Shown here: in pieces, positions 22,760 through 33,728 of the stretch
Layout: each line of letters begins with the position of its first letter
Numbering within the stretch: position 1 is the first letter of the stretch
Assembly (NCBI RefSeq): GCF_044704955.1
Contig: NC_091993.1
Span: 128,650,001 to 128,714,000 of the forward strand
DNA from: Pristiophorus japonicus
Lineage: Eukaryota
Direction of reading: 5' to 3'
Length of the DNA stretch: 64,000 bases
Position numbers and translations under genes: made by a program
Notes under the pieces: generated by a model
The model's database searches: none
What the model was told of the DNA's origin: nothing
What the model saw: the letters and a program-made list of their open reading frames with translations, nothing else

Positions 22760-23092
22760 ACAGGGGGTTCACAGTGACTCAACCCTGACCCCATAGTGCT
22801 GTGTCAGGGGTTCAGTGACACAACCCTGACCCCATAGTGCTGTGTCAGGGGTTCAGTGACACAACCCTGACCCCATGGTGCTGTGTCAGGGGTTCACAGC
22901 GACACTAAGCCTGACCCCATAGTGCTGTGTCAGGGGTTCAGTGACACAACCCTGACCCCATAGTGCTGTGTCAGGGGTTCAGTGACACAACCCTGACCCC
23001 ATAGTGCTGTGTCAGGGGTTCACAGCGACACTAAGCCTGACCCCATAGTGCTGTGTCAGGGGTTCAGTGACACAACCCTGACCCCATGGTGT
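22760..23092. repeat. 41/44-bp hairpin-forming minisatellite, ~8 units
   Basis: CAACCCTGACCCCATAGTGCTGTGTCAGGGGTTCAGTGACA. Confidence 0.95.
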
Positions 23093-23148
23093 GTGAGTAG
23101 CAGTTGTGCCAATGTTGTGACCAGTTGTTTGTTTTTGGCTACATACAG

Positions 23149-23199
23149 AAGCTCGTGCTCTGGCCAAAGAGCGACAGAAGAAAGACAATCACAACCTGA
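23149..23199 (+). CDS. TFEB: TFEB coding exon (start of basic region); 5' border uncertain (23125, 23143 or 23149)
   Basis: (E)ARALAKERQKKDNHNL(I), donor A|GTGAGT at 23200, phase 1/1. Confidence 0.93.
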   Translation, partial: KLVLWPKSDRRKTITT

Positions 23200-23789
23200 G
23201 TGAGTAACCTTCGCTTCAACTAATACCTTGTGTCTGGGGGGGGGGGTGGGGGGCAGGGTGCATGGTCCGGTGGGGGGGTGCCCCTGGGTGCATGGTCCGG
23301 GGGGGGGGGGGGGGGGCAGGGTGGACGGTCCGGGGAGGGGGGGGGTCATCTTGGGTGGATGGTCGGAGGTGGGGGGGAGCCCAGGCTGGGACATACCCCC
23401 CACAGAAACAGGTGGGAAGCGGGAGGGGCTAGAAGAAGCCAAGCAGAGTAAGAGTTATATATTCTCCGGGAGTCGTCGTTCCAGTCCCCGGCTGCCACAG
23501 ACCTGCCACAGCCCCGCCACTTGTTCAGACTGCCCCCCATCCCCCTCTGGCACTCACCATATGCCGGGGGCCGTTCACAGCTCCTCTGCCCCAATTCCTG
23601 CTCCTGCCTGTCGCCCTTGATGTCAATCCCGCTGGCTTGGGGCGGGAGACCCTGTGAATCAGAGGAAATGGGGGTCTCGGGGGTCTGCAGATGGACACCT
23701 CCTGTGGCTTCATTTGTCCAACACAAACTCGCAACTATTGCTGAGTAAACTCTCCGTGATGTGAATGGACGGCACCTTCTCTTATTCGT

Positions 23790-24662
23790 GCCAGTGGGCA
23801 GTGGGTAGCACTCTTGCTCCTGAATCAGAATGTTGTGGGTTCAAGTCCTGCTCCAGACACTTGAGCACAAAATTCAGGCTGACAATCCCAGTGCTGAGGG
23901 AGTGCCGCACTTTCGGAGGGGCAGTACTGAGGGAGTGCCGCACTGTCGGAGGGGCAGTACTGAGGGAGCGCCGCACTGTCGGAGGGGCAGTGCTGAGGGA
24001 GTGCTGCACTGTCGGAGGGGCAGTGCTGAGAGAGCGCCGCACTGTCGGAGGGGCAGTACTGAGGGAGCGCCGCACTGTCGGAGGGGCAATACTGAGGGAG
24101 TGCCGCACTGTCGGAGGGGCAGTACTGAGGGAGCGCCGCACTGTCGGAGGGGCAGTGCTGAGGGAGTGCTGCACTGTCGGAGGGGCAGTGCTGAGAGAGC
24201 GCCGCACTGTCGGAGGGGCAGTACTGAGGGAGCGCCGCACTGTTGGAGGGACAGTACTGAGGAAGCGCTGCACTGTCGGAGGGACAGTACTGAGGGAGCG
24301 CCGCACTGTCGGAGGGACAGTACTGAGGGAGCGCCGCACTGTCGGAGGTGCAGTCTTTCTGATGAGACGTTAAAACGAGGCCCTGTCTGCTCTCTCAGGT
24401 AAAATATCCGATGGCACTATTTCGAAGAAGAGCAGGGGAGTTATCCCCGGTGTCCTGGGCCATCAAACAACATCACAAAAACAGATTATCTGGTCATTAT
24501 CACATTGCTGTGTGTGGGAGCTTGCTGTGCACAAATTAGCTGCCGCGTTTCCCACATTACAACAGTGACTGCACTCCAAAAGTACTTCATTGGCTGTAAC
24601 GCACTTTGGGATGTCTGGTAGTCCTGAAAGGCGCTATAGAAATGCAAGTCTGTCTTTCTCTC
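23790..24662 (+). mobile_element. DeuSINE with 33-bp array (~14 units, 23889-24348)
   Basis: B box GGTTCAAGTCC, Deu core, tail AAAGGCGCTATAGAAATGCAAGTC. Confidence 0.9.
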
Positions 24663-25081
24663 CTTTAGTTTTAGATCCTCGCACACCTGGGGCAGAGTTC
24701 CACTTGCCAAGATTTTTCTTACTCGAGTTTTATTTTTATTTCCCGGAATGTACAAGACCAGCCGGCCCTCGGAGACTGGGCTTTCCCTGGTGGAATTGTG
24801 AATTTGGGAATTAAATTGAGGCGCTGGAGGTGGAGAGATTGTGGGACTAAATCGCAGGCGGAGGGGAGGGGAGGGGAGGGGAGGGGAGCAGAGCAGAGCA
24901 GAGCAGAGCAGAGCAGAGCGTCGGCACTGATGCCCAGACAGGGGAGTGTGAATGAACAGGGGGTGTCACTGCACTGCACCCTCACTTGGGACTGCTGGTC
25001 CCCACTGTGAGCAGGAGTGGGGTGTCTCGGGCGATCGCTGTCTGCTATGAGGGTGGGGAGCTCGAGAGGCAGATGAGCTGA

Positions 25082-25300
<219 letters not shown>

Positions 25301-25704
25301 TGAGTAGCCACTGCTTCTGTTATGCATTATTAATACTGACGCCTCACACAGCTACCTCCGTCCCGTGTGCAATGTCCATTTGGAGCTGGTCTGCTCCCGT
25401 GTGCTTGCCAACATTTTGAAAATATTTTGATAATTTTCCACCTTTAGGGCTGGCTGAAATTGGCCGTGGTTTGACCCAGTGAATTGTGGTTGGGTTTTCA
25501 ATCAAGAGCTCCCTCGTTCTAACACCCAACTCAGAAACTAAAATATTGTTGCTTGGCCAATCTTTTTGAATATGGAATGTGCCATAAATGTTCTGTTAAA
25601 TAGTTCCGCTTTTGTTGGGCAGTTGGCAAAAGTCCTGTGGGAATAACTGGCCACAACCCTCAGGAACCACACTGCCTGCCCTTACCCCTCAGGCAGACCA
25701 GGGA

Positions 25705-26075
25705 TAAGAACATAAGAAATAGGAGCCATTCGGCCCCTCTAACCTGCTCCGCCATTTAATAAGATCACGACCTCAACTCCACTTGCCTGCACTATCCTCA
25801 TATCACTTGATTCTCTTAATATTCAAAAATCTATCGATCTCTGTCTTGAATATACTCAACGACTGAACCTCCACAGCCCTCTGGGGCAGAGAGTTCCAAA
25901 GATTCACCTCCCTCTGAGTGAAGAAATTTCTCTTCATCTCAGTCCTAAATGGCCGACCCCTTATCCTGAGACTGTGACCCCTGGTTCTAGACTCTCAAAC
26001 CCGGGGGCAACATCCTCCCTGCATCTACCCTGTCAAACCCTGTATGTTTCAATGAGATCACCTCTCATTCTTCTT
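25705..26075 (-). mobile_element. CR1 3' fragment
   Basis: ATAAGAACATAAGAAATAGGAG tail; homologous to 14141-14718. Confidence 0.88.
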
Positions 26076-26961
26076 CAGTAGCGAGATTGCTACTCTTCCA
26101 TTGGTCGGCCGAGATTTTAATTTCAACTTTAGCAGCAACAAGGATGGTGGTCTGTACCTAATAAATAAAATCATGATGTGAAGGTTTTAGGTCTACGCTG
26201 GGGTACTTTATATTCCATGTATTCTCCCTGCTGTATACATATTGATAAAGATATTCTGTTACAAACATCGATTTTCTTACCTGCATGGAAGTATGTCACG
26301 CCACATTAGGTCGCACCTTGTCACGTCACGTTACATCACATATTCTCACCTTTGAGCGACGTCAGTGTTTTCAGTGTCAGGGAGGCTTCTTGTGCATCCT
26401 GGAGTTGCTCCGTTGAAATTCCCAAGATCTGAGAACAGCAGGAGCCCTGCCTGACCTGGGAGCAAAATGCTACCAACTCTGGCATGTGGTAACCGAGAAT
26501 ATTCCAGGTGCAGAGCGGGGGCGAGGTGCCTGTGCAATCTGCTCCACACATTCCCCACCCTCTGTGCAAGATACTTCAATCCAAACTGCCTGTTCACCTT
26601 CCCTCTTGAGCTTGAGTTTGTATGTCCCCAGTTACAGAGTTTGTGATTATGACAAGAATATTATTCAGTTAACTGGTTCCCTTTAGAGCCTTGAATAGCT
26701 GGGGGTGTCCCCTGTAACACGGTGCAGTACGATGTACATCGGTAGGGCTAGCTCAGTCCTCTATGCAAGCTCACTATCTTTTCCTGGGAGGTCCTTTATC
26801 CCACTGACTATGCCCAAAGACCTTTATCGCTTCTTTCCACTCCTGGGTCTCGTGACCTTCCAGCTAAGGTCATCACGGGTTTATTACAGGGTTATGACCC
26901 TGTGAGACTGTTGGTCAGTGGTTTCTAACCCTCAATGAGTCCCCGCTCGTTGCTGCTGCAG

Positions 26962-27109
26962 GGATGTCCGCTGGAACAAGGGGACGATACTGAAAGCCTC
27001 GGTGGAATACATCAAAAGACTCCAGAAGGATCAGCATAGAACCAGAGAGATGGAGGGCCACTCGAAGCGGCTGGAGATGAACAACAGCCACCTCCGCTTT
27101 CGCATTCAG
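26962..27109 (+). CDS. TFEB: TFEB coding exon (helix 2 + leucine zipper)
   Basis: ctgcAG|G GAT GTC CGC TGG...ATT CAG|GTgaga, 148 nt. Encodes [49 protein letters not shown]. Confidence 0.97.
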
Positions 27110-27162
27110 GTGAGAACAGGAACTCCTCACTGCCCCACAATAATGAGCAATAACCAATCGGC

Positions 27163-28345
27163 TGTCGGCCAAGGCTCAGTGGGCAGCACTCTCGTCTCTG
27201 AGTCAGAAGGTCGTGGGTTCAAGTCCCACTCCTGAGACTTGAACACAGAATCTAGGCTAACACTCCCAGTGCAGTACTGAGGGAGTGCTGCACTGTCGGA
27301 GGGGCAGGACTGAGGGAGTGCTGCACTGTCGGAGGGGCAGTACTGAGGGAGTGCTGCACTGTCGGAGGGGCAGGACTGAGGGAGTGCTGCACTGTCGGAG
27401 GGGCAGGACTGAGGGAGTGCTGCACTGTCGGAGGGGCAGTACTGAGGGAGGGCTGCACTGTCGAAGGGGCAGTACTGAGGGAGTGCTGCACTGTCGGAGG
27501 GGCAATACCGAGGGAGTGCTGCACTGTCGGAGGGGCAGTACTGAGGGAGCGCTGCACTGTCGGAGGGGCAGTACTGAGGGAGCGCTGCACTGTCGGAGGG
27601 GCAGTACTGAGGGAGCGCTGCACTGTCGGAGGGGCAGTACTGAGGGAGCGCTGCACTGTCGGAGGGGCAGTACTGAGGGAGTGCTGCACTGTCGGAGGGG
27701 CAGTACTGAGGGAGCGCTGCACTGTCGGAGGGGCAGTACTGAGGGAGCGCTGCACTGTCGGAGGGGCAGTACTGAGGGAGCGCTGCACTGTCGGAGGGGC
27801 AGTACTGAGGGAGCGCTGCACTGTCGGAGGGGCAGTACTGAGGGAGCGCTGCACTGTTGCAGGTGCTGTCTTTCAGATGAGACGTTAAACCGAGGCCCCG
27901 TCTGCTCTCTCAGGTGGACGTAAAAGATCTTTTGGCACTATTTCAAAGAAGAGCAGGGGGAGTTCTCCCTTGTGTCCTGGCCAACATTGATCACTGAAAC
28001 AGATTATCTGGTCATTATCACATTGCTGTTTGGGCCTTGCTGTGCGCAAATTAAGTGCTATGTTTCCTACATTAAAGAAAGAAAGACTTGCATTTATATA
28101 GCGCCTTTCACGACCACGGGATGTTGCAAAGCGCTTTACAGCCAATGAAGTACTTTTGGAGTGTTGTCACAGTTGTAATGTGGGAAATGCGGCACCAATT
28201 TGCGCACAGCAAGCTCCCACACACAGCAATGTGATGACCAGATCATCTTTTTTTTGTTATGTTGGTTGTGGGACATCACTTAAAAAGTACTTCATTGGCT
28301 GTGAAGTGCTGAGGTTGTGAAAGGCGCTATATAAATGCAAGTTTT
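27163..28345 (+). mobile_element. DeuSINE with 33-bp array (~18 units, 27268-27858) and an inverted SINE tail inserted at ~28074-28270
   Basis: A/B boxes at 27173-27225 and Deu core. The + tail is interrupted by AAAGAAAGACTTGCATTTATATAGCGCC (minus-strand tail). Confidence 0.88.
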
Positions 28346-28398
28346 TTCTAATAAAAAAAATTCTAATGACAGCCATTTTTTTTCTTGCCTGCCCGCAG

Positions 28399-28803
28399 GA
28401 GCTGGAAATGCAAGCTCAGGCCCACGGACTGTCTACCGTCTCGCCCTCGGGGCTCAACACATCGGAGCTCACGGGCCCCTTCATCAAACATGAGCAGAAT
28501 GTCATGGACTCGCTCCAGCATCACCAGCTACACCAGCAGCCTCCCCAGAGCCAACTGGACTTTGCTCAGTCCCTTGACCTGTGCGACAACTCGCTGGGCT
28601 TCGCTGACCCCATGGGCCAATTTACTGACCTCTCCTTCGGCATCGCCGCCAAAAAGGAATACCAGCTGGATGACATGCTGATGATGGACGACACGCTCTC
28701 CCCCTTGGGCAGAGACCCTTTGCTCTCCTCAGGGTCCCCCGAAGCTTCCAAAGCCAGCAGCAGAAGGAGCAGCATTAGTATGGACGATGCTGACATTCTG
28801 TGA
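28399..28803 (+). CDS. TFEB: TFEB last coding exon
   Basis: ccgcAG|GAG CTG...ATT CTG TGA. Encodes ELEMQAQAHGL...LDFAQSL...DDTLSPLGRDPLLSSGSPEASKASSRRSSISMDDADIL*. The SPEASKASSRRSS ending is TFEB-type. Confidence 0.96.
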   Translation, partial: ELEMQAQAHGLSTVSPSGLNTSELTGPFIKHEQNVMDSLQHHQLHQQPPQSQLDFAQSLDLCDNSLGFADPMGQFTDLSFGIAAKKEYQLDDMLMMDDTLSPLGRDPLLSSGSPEASKASSRRSSISMDDADIL

Positions 28804-29559
28804 CACGCGACACTTGGCCGCAGTTATCCGCACACACACAGGGCATAAAACTATCCGATGGGTAAGGTGCGGAGACACCAGCCGCTTGAGGCTCGAGAGC
28901 CCGTGTCCTGAACTTCGACTGAATTTTACGAATGTGTCAAAAGTTGCCCTTGTCTTTTTACTGGACCTCTTGGGCCGGAGGATTTTCATATTGTCATCTC
29001 ATTTCACAGACCATATTTTACAGTGATTTTGTGGAGCTAAGTTTCCGTCTTTCATTCGTTCTTCCGCCCTATTGAAGTGTGATGCCGGCGGCCATTATAC
29101 ACCGTAGTCTATATGGGCGATTCCTCAAGCCCATGTTTCCAACTGGGGGCAGCAGTTCACCACAGGCAACTTGCAGATCACTGAGACACTCCTTCCCAGA
29201 GACGCCTTGGCTTCAAGTTCCTGTTGAGCCACAGTTTGTATTGTGAAAACCCAACAGTGTTCAGCGTACTGTGGGTGGGGTGGGGGTGTGGGAGGAGGGG
29301 ATGGGGAGGTGGAGGGGAGGGCAGCGGGTTGTCTCCAGATAACATTTAAAATTAGAATTTTCTAAAATCTTCCCTTTTGACCCGGGAGTGGTTAAAGTTC
29401 CCGAGGTCACCTGCTGGCTGGATGGAATGACATGGCTTTTGGTGCTGTACCTGAGCCAAACAGCCCAGAAGATCTGAGACCCCCCCCCCATCCCTCATCT
29501 GGGCTAGGACAGTGGTGTTCAATACCCCCAGGCTAGGAGTTGGAAATTCCTTGATATGT

Positions 29560-30200
29560 AAGAACATAAGAAATAGGAGCAGGCGTCGGCCATACGGCCC
29601 CTCGAGCCTGCTCCGCCATTCAATAAGATCATGGCTGATCTGATCATGGACTCAGATCCACTTCTCTGCCCGCTTCCCATAACCCTTCACTCCCTTATCG
29701 TTCAAAAATCTGTCTATCTCCACCTTAAATATATTCAATGAGCCAGCCTCCACAGCTCTCTGGGGCAGAGAATTCCAAAGATTTACGACCCTCTGAAAGA
29801 AGAAATTTCTCCTCATTTCTGTTTTAAATGGGTGACCCCTTATTCTGAGACTATGCCCCCTAGTTCTAGATTCCCCCATGAGGGGAAACATCCTCTCTGC
29901 ATCTACCCTGTCGAGCCCTCTCAGAATCTTATATGTTTCAATACGATCACCTCTCAATCTTCTAAACTCCAATGAGTACAGGCCCAACCTGCTCAACCTT
30001 TCTTCATAGACAACCCCTTCATCCCAGGAATCAACTAGGTGAACCTTCTCTGAACTGCCTCCATTGCAAGTATATCCCTTCTTAAATATGGAGACAAAAA
30101 CTACACGCAGTACTCCAGGTGTGACCTCACCAATACCCTGTACAGTTGTAGCAGGACTTCCCTACTTTTATACTCCATCTCCCTTGCAATAAAGGCCATT
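29560..30200 (-). mobile_element. CR1 3' fragment downstream of the TFEB stop
   Basis: ORF 29652-29996 (RLGLYSLEFRRLRGD...WNSLP); tail at 29560. Confidence 0.92.
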
Positions 30201-31823
30201 ATCATTATCCAGTGACTCCTAGTGTATGGGTCTCAGTGTCGTGTGAAGCCTGGATTGGGCTCAGCTCTCATTCCCCCGGCCCACCCTGCTCCCCACATTA
30301 GACAACTTGCTAAGAGTTACTGTCCACTTTCACTCATGTGTTAGTTATTTCAGTAGAGCAAAGAGATTATTGGAGAATGACATTTTCTGTGGCCCTATCA
30401 ACATGAAATTGAAACCATGAGTCTCTTTCTGTCCAATTGTTTGTCAGCAACAGTGCGGGCGTGGGTGGGGTGAGTTTGCGCTAAGTTTCGGAAGTGCCCC
30501 CCATTTTAACTTGCCCGAATTCAGGCACACAAAACCCGCCCTCTCGAGAGGGGGGGGGGGGGGGCGCGGGGGGGGCCTGATTTCAATGGCAAAGTTGCAT
30601 CCCGATTACATCAACGAGACGTGCACACAAGTTTAACCATGGGTCTGTCTAAGGGCCGCAGAATTTCTAACCAGTGGCTAATACATAGTTGAAGCACAAG
30701 TGTATGGACAGTAACATGGTCCTGGCACAGATTTACCAGCAGCTGCCAACCTACTGAAACTTCCCCCAGTATGTAACCTCTAATTGAGCTCAGCATGTGA
30801 GCATTGTGACCACATGACGTACCTGGGCAGTGGGATTGGTGAGGTTAAACGTCGCAAGTGCTGCAGGCCTTAGACAACCATGCGAGCAATGCCACCAGGG
30901 GTGGGGGGGAGTTAGCTCGCATGGCCCCCAAAAAAAGTTTGATAAAAACATCTTTGAAATGGAGTAGTCTTATCAGGGAAACATTCACACCGGCAGGAAC
31001 GCTGATTATCGTGAACAATACAGGTTGGAGGGCTAGAAGTGATGCAGCTTAAGTTAGTCAGATAGAGATATCAAATTGGTTGAAATTGTTGGTCGGAAAT
31101 TCTTGCAGATCGCGACTGAAGTCTTCCTATGCGTGAAGCTCAGCCAAGGGAGATGTGGGTTGTCAAATTACCGCTAAAAGTTTTTGAGTAGCGTAAAATG
31201 CTAAATTGAGACGTAGAATCGATACAGTACAGAAGGCCATTCGGCTCATCGTGCCTGTGCCGGCTCTGTGTAAGGGCAACCCAATTAGTCCCACTCCCTA
31301 TTGCCTTGTAATTGTTTCCTTTCCAAGTATTTTTTGTCCACAGCATTTGCCCAGTATGTGGCTTCCTCTCCGTGTGACGGGTTAGATGCTCCACATAACT
31401 GTCTGCAAAATATGGTCTGCAATAGTCTCGACCACCACTCATTGTAAGATGGTTCATGGCTGTTGGCCAACTGATCTTCCCCCAATTTCTTGGTGACCAC
31501 CCAGAAGCAATTTTGATCTTCCTATCGGAGAAAATAAACCACTACAGGGAATTCTACATCCCTGGAATTCTTTAAAACTTTTCAACGCCATGAATGTTGG
31601 GAATTCGTATTGCTCTGTGTTGGGGCGAGCAGCTCGGGGTCTGATATATCTGCTCCTGAAACCTATTGGTGTTGGTTGAGGGAACAAGCCATCCAGAACA
31701 TCAAGGAATGTAGTTTGGGAGCCTAAGGGGTGAATCTCTTCCCCTCATCAAGGGATTTACTGAGGCGGGGAGAGTGTGTGACAGTGCAATGGTCTGTTTG
31801 GAAGGGACAACTTTGTTCCTTTC

Positions 31824-32288
31824 TCAGTGGCTCAGTGGGCAGCACTCTCGCCGTTGCGTCAGAAGGTCGTGGGTTCAAGCCCCATTCCAGACACTTGAGC
31901 CCATAATCTAGGCTGACATCCCTGTGCAGTACAGAGGGAACTGCTGCAGTGTCGGAGGTGCTATCTTTCAAATGAGATATTAAACCGAGGCCCCGTCTGC
32001 CCGCTTAGGTGGATGTAAAAGATCCCATAGCACTATTTAGAAGGACAACAGGGGATTTCTCCCCAGTGACCTGGCTAATATTCATCCCTCAGTCAATACT
32101 ACCAAAAAACAGATTATCTGGTCATTATCCCATCGCTGTTTGTGGGAGCTTGCTGTGCGCAAATTAGCTGCTGCATTTCCCACATTACAACAGTGACCAC
32201 ACTCCAAAAGTACTTCATTGGCTGTAAAGCGCTTCGAGATGTCCTGCGGTTGTGAAAGGCGCTATATAAATTCAAGTTCTCTTCTTCC
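31824..32288 (+). mobile_element. DeuSINE, near-complete unexpanded copy
   Basis: TGGCTCAGTGG...GGTTCAAGCCC, one hairpin unit, Deu core, tail AAAGGCGCTATATAAATTCAAG. Confidence 0.9.
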
Positions 32289-32799
32289 ATACTTGTCCAT
32301 GCTCGCTATGTTCCGAAAATGTGCTAAATGTATGGAAAAGGATTGCGTGCCTGTTTGGTGTGTATAATAGTTGGAGATGGGCTGCGTTTGTAAATAGTCT
32401 GTACCCAATGTTTTAAAAAGTATTGCAAACTTTGTGTGAAGCCAAGCAGATTGTGATTGCTACTTATACCTTGAGATTGTGTTACAATCTGTATCTCGCC
32501 CCCTCCCTCACCAAACTTTTCATTTTGCTGTTACGCTCAGTGCCTGTGTTAATGTTTGGCAGATCTTTGGAGTCCCATTTGGCCAGTGTAGCTGCAGTTG
32601 GACATATCCATCCATCGTCCCCCTACGGGACAGGAGAGGGCAGTACATGGCCAGCTGGGATGGAAGGTCGAGTGTACATCACGGGACATAACACCGAGGG
32701 CTGCTCCTGTCACAACTTCACCTACCTTGATCTTTGAGAATTATTGTCACTGTGTGTTATATCTACTGGGCATGGGGGTGGTCATAGTGTGTGTTTTGG

Positions 32800-33033
32800 A
32801 AAATTTATTCTCGGGATGTGGGCATCGCTGGCAAGGCCGGCATTTATTGCCCATCCCTAATTACCCCTTGAGAAGGTGGTGGTGAGCTGCCTTCTTGAAC
32901 TGCTGCAGTCCGTGTGGTGAAGGTGCTCCCACAGTGCTGTTATGGAGGGAGTTCCAGGATTGTGACCCAGCGACGATGAAGGAACAGCCGATATATTTCC
33001 CAGTCAGGATGGAGTGTGACTGGGAGGTGGTCG
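32800..33033. mobile_element. Old interspersed repeat (probably LINE 3' part), apparently resuming at ~36890-36957
   Basis: GTCGCTGGCAAGGCCGGCATTTATTGCCC-type motif, also present reverse-complemented at ~49605-49635. Family assignment is from memory. Confidence 0.5.
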
Positions 33034-33728
33034 TAGAATCACAGAACGGTTACAGCACAGAAGGAGGCCATTCGGCCCATCGAGCCCGTGCCGGCTCTCT
33101 GCAAGAGCACCTCAGCCAGTCCCACTCCCCTGCCCTTTCCCCGGAGTCCTGCAATTCTTTTTCCTTCAGGTACTTATCCAGCTCCCTTTTGAAAGCCACG
33201 ATTGAGTCTGCCTCCACCACCCTCTCAGGCAGCGTATTCCAGATCCTAACCACTCGCTGCGTAAAAACGTTTTTCCTCATGTCGCCTTTGGTTCTTCGGC
33301 CAATCGCCTTAAATCTGTGTCCTCTGGTTCCCGACCCTTCCACCAATGGGAACAGTTTCTCTCGATCTACTCTGTCCAGAGCCCTCATGATTTTGAACAC
33401 CTCGATCAAATCTCCTCTCAACCTTCTCTGCTCCAAGGAGAACAACCCCAGCTTCTCCAGTCTATCCATGTAACTGAAGTCCCTCATCCCTTGAACCATT
33501 CTCGCAAATCTTTTCTGCACCCTCTCTAAGGCCTTCACATCCTTCCCACAGTGTGGTGCCCAGAATTGGACACAATACTCCAGTTGGGGCCGAACCTGTG
33601 TTTTATACAGGTTCATCATAACTTCCTTGCTTTTGTGCTCTGTGCCTCTATTTATGAAGCCCAGGATCCCGTAAGCTTTTGTAACCATTTTCTCAACCTG
33701 CCCTGTCCCCTTCAGCGATTTGTGCACA
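33034..33728 (-). mobile_element. Older CR1 3' fragment, resuming at ~36846-36890
   Basis: ORF 33050-33820 (KAYGILGFINRG...VRPQLEYCVQFWAP...WNTLPE). Continues as GGTCTCTCTGTTCATGCAC after the young insertion. Confidence 0.88.

Noticed and set aside
16380-23142. U12-type AT-AC intron
   Set aside because: The donor is GTAAAC rather than RTATCC, and there is no TCCTTAAC-like branch site.
24352-24385. Hammerhead core CTGATGAG in the SINE Deu domain
   Set aside because: No stem II followed by GAAA. Other copies read GGATGAG or AGATGAG.
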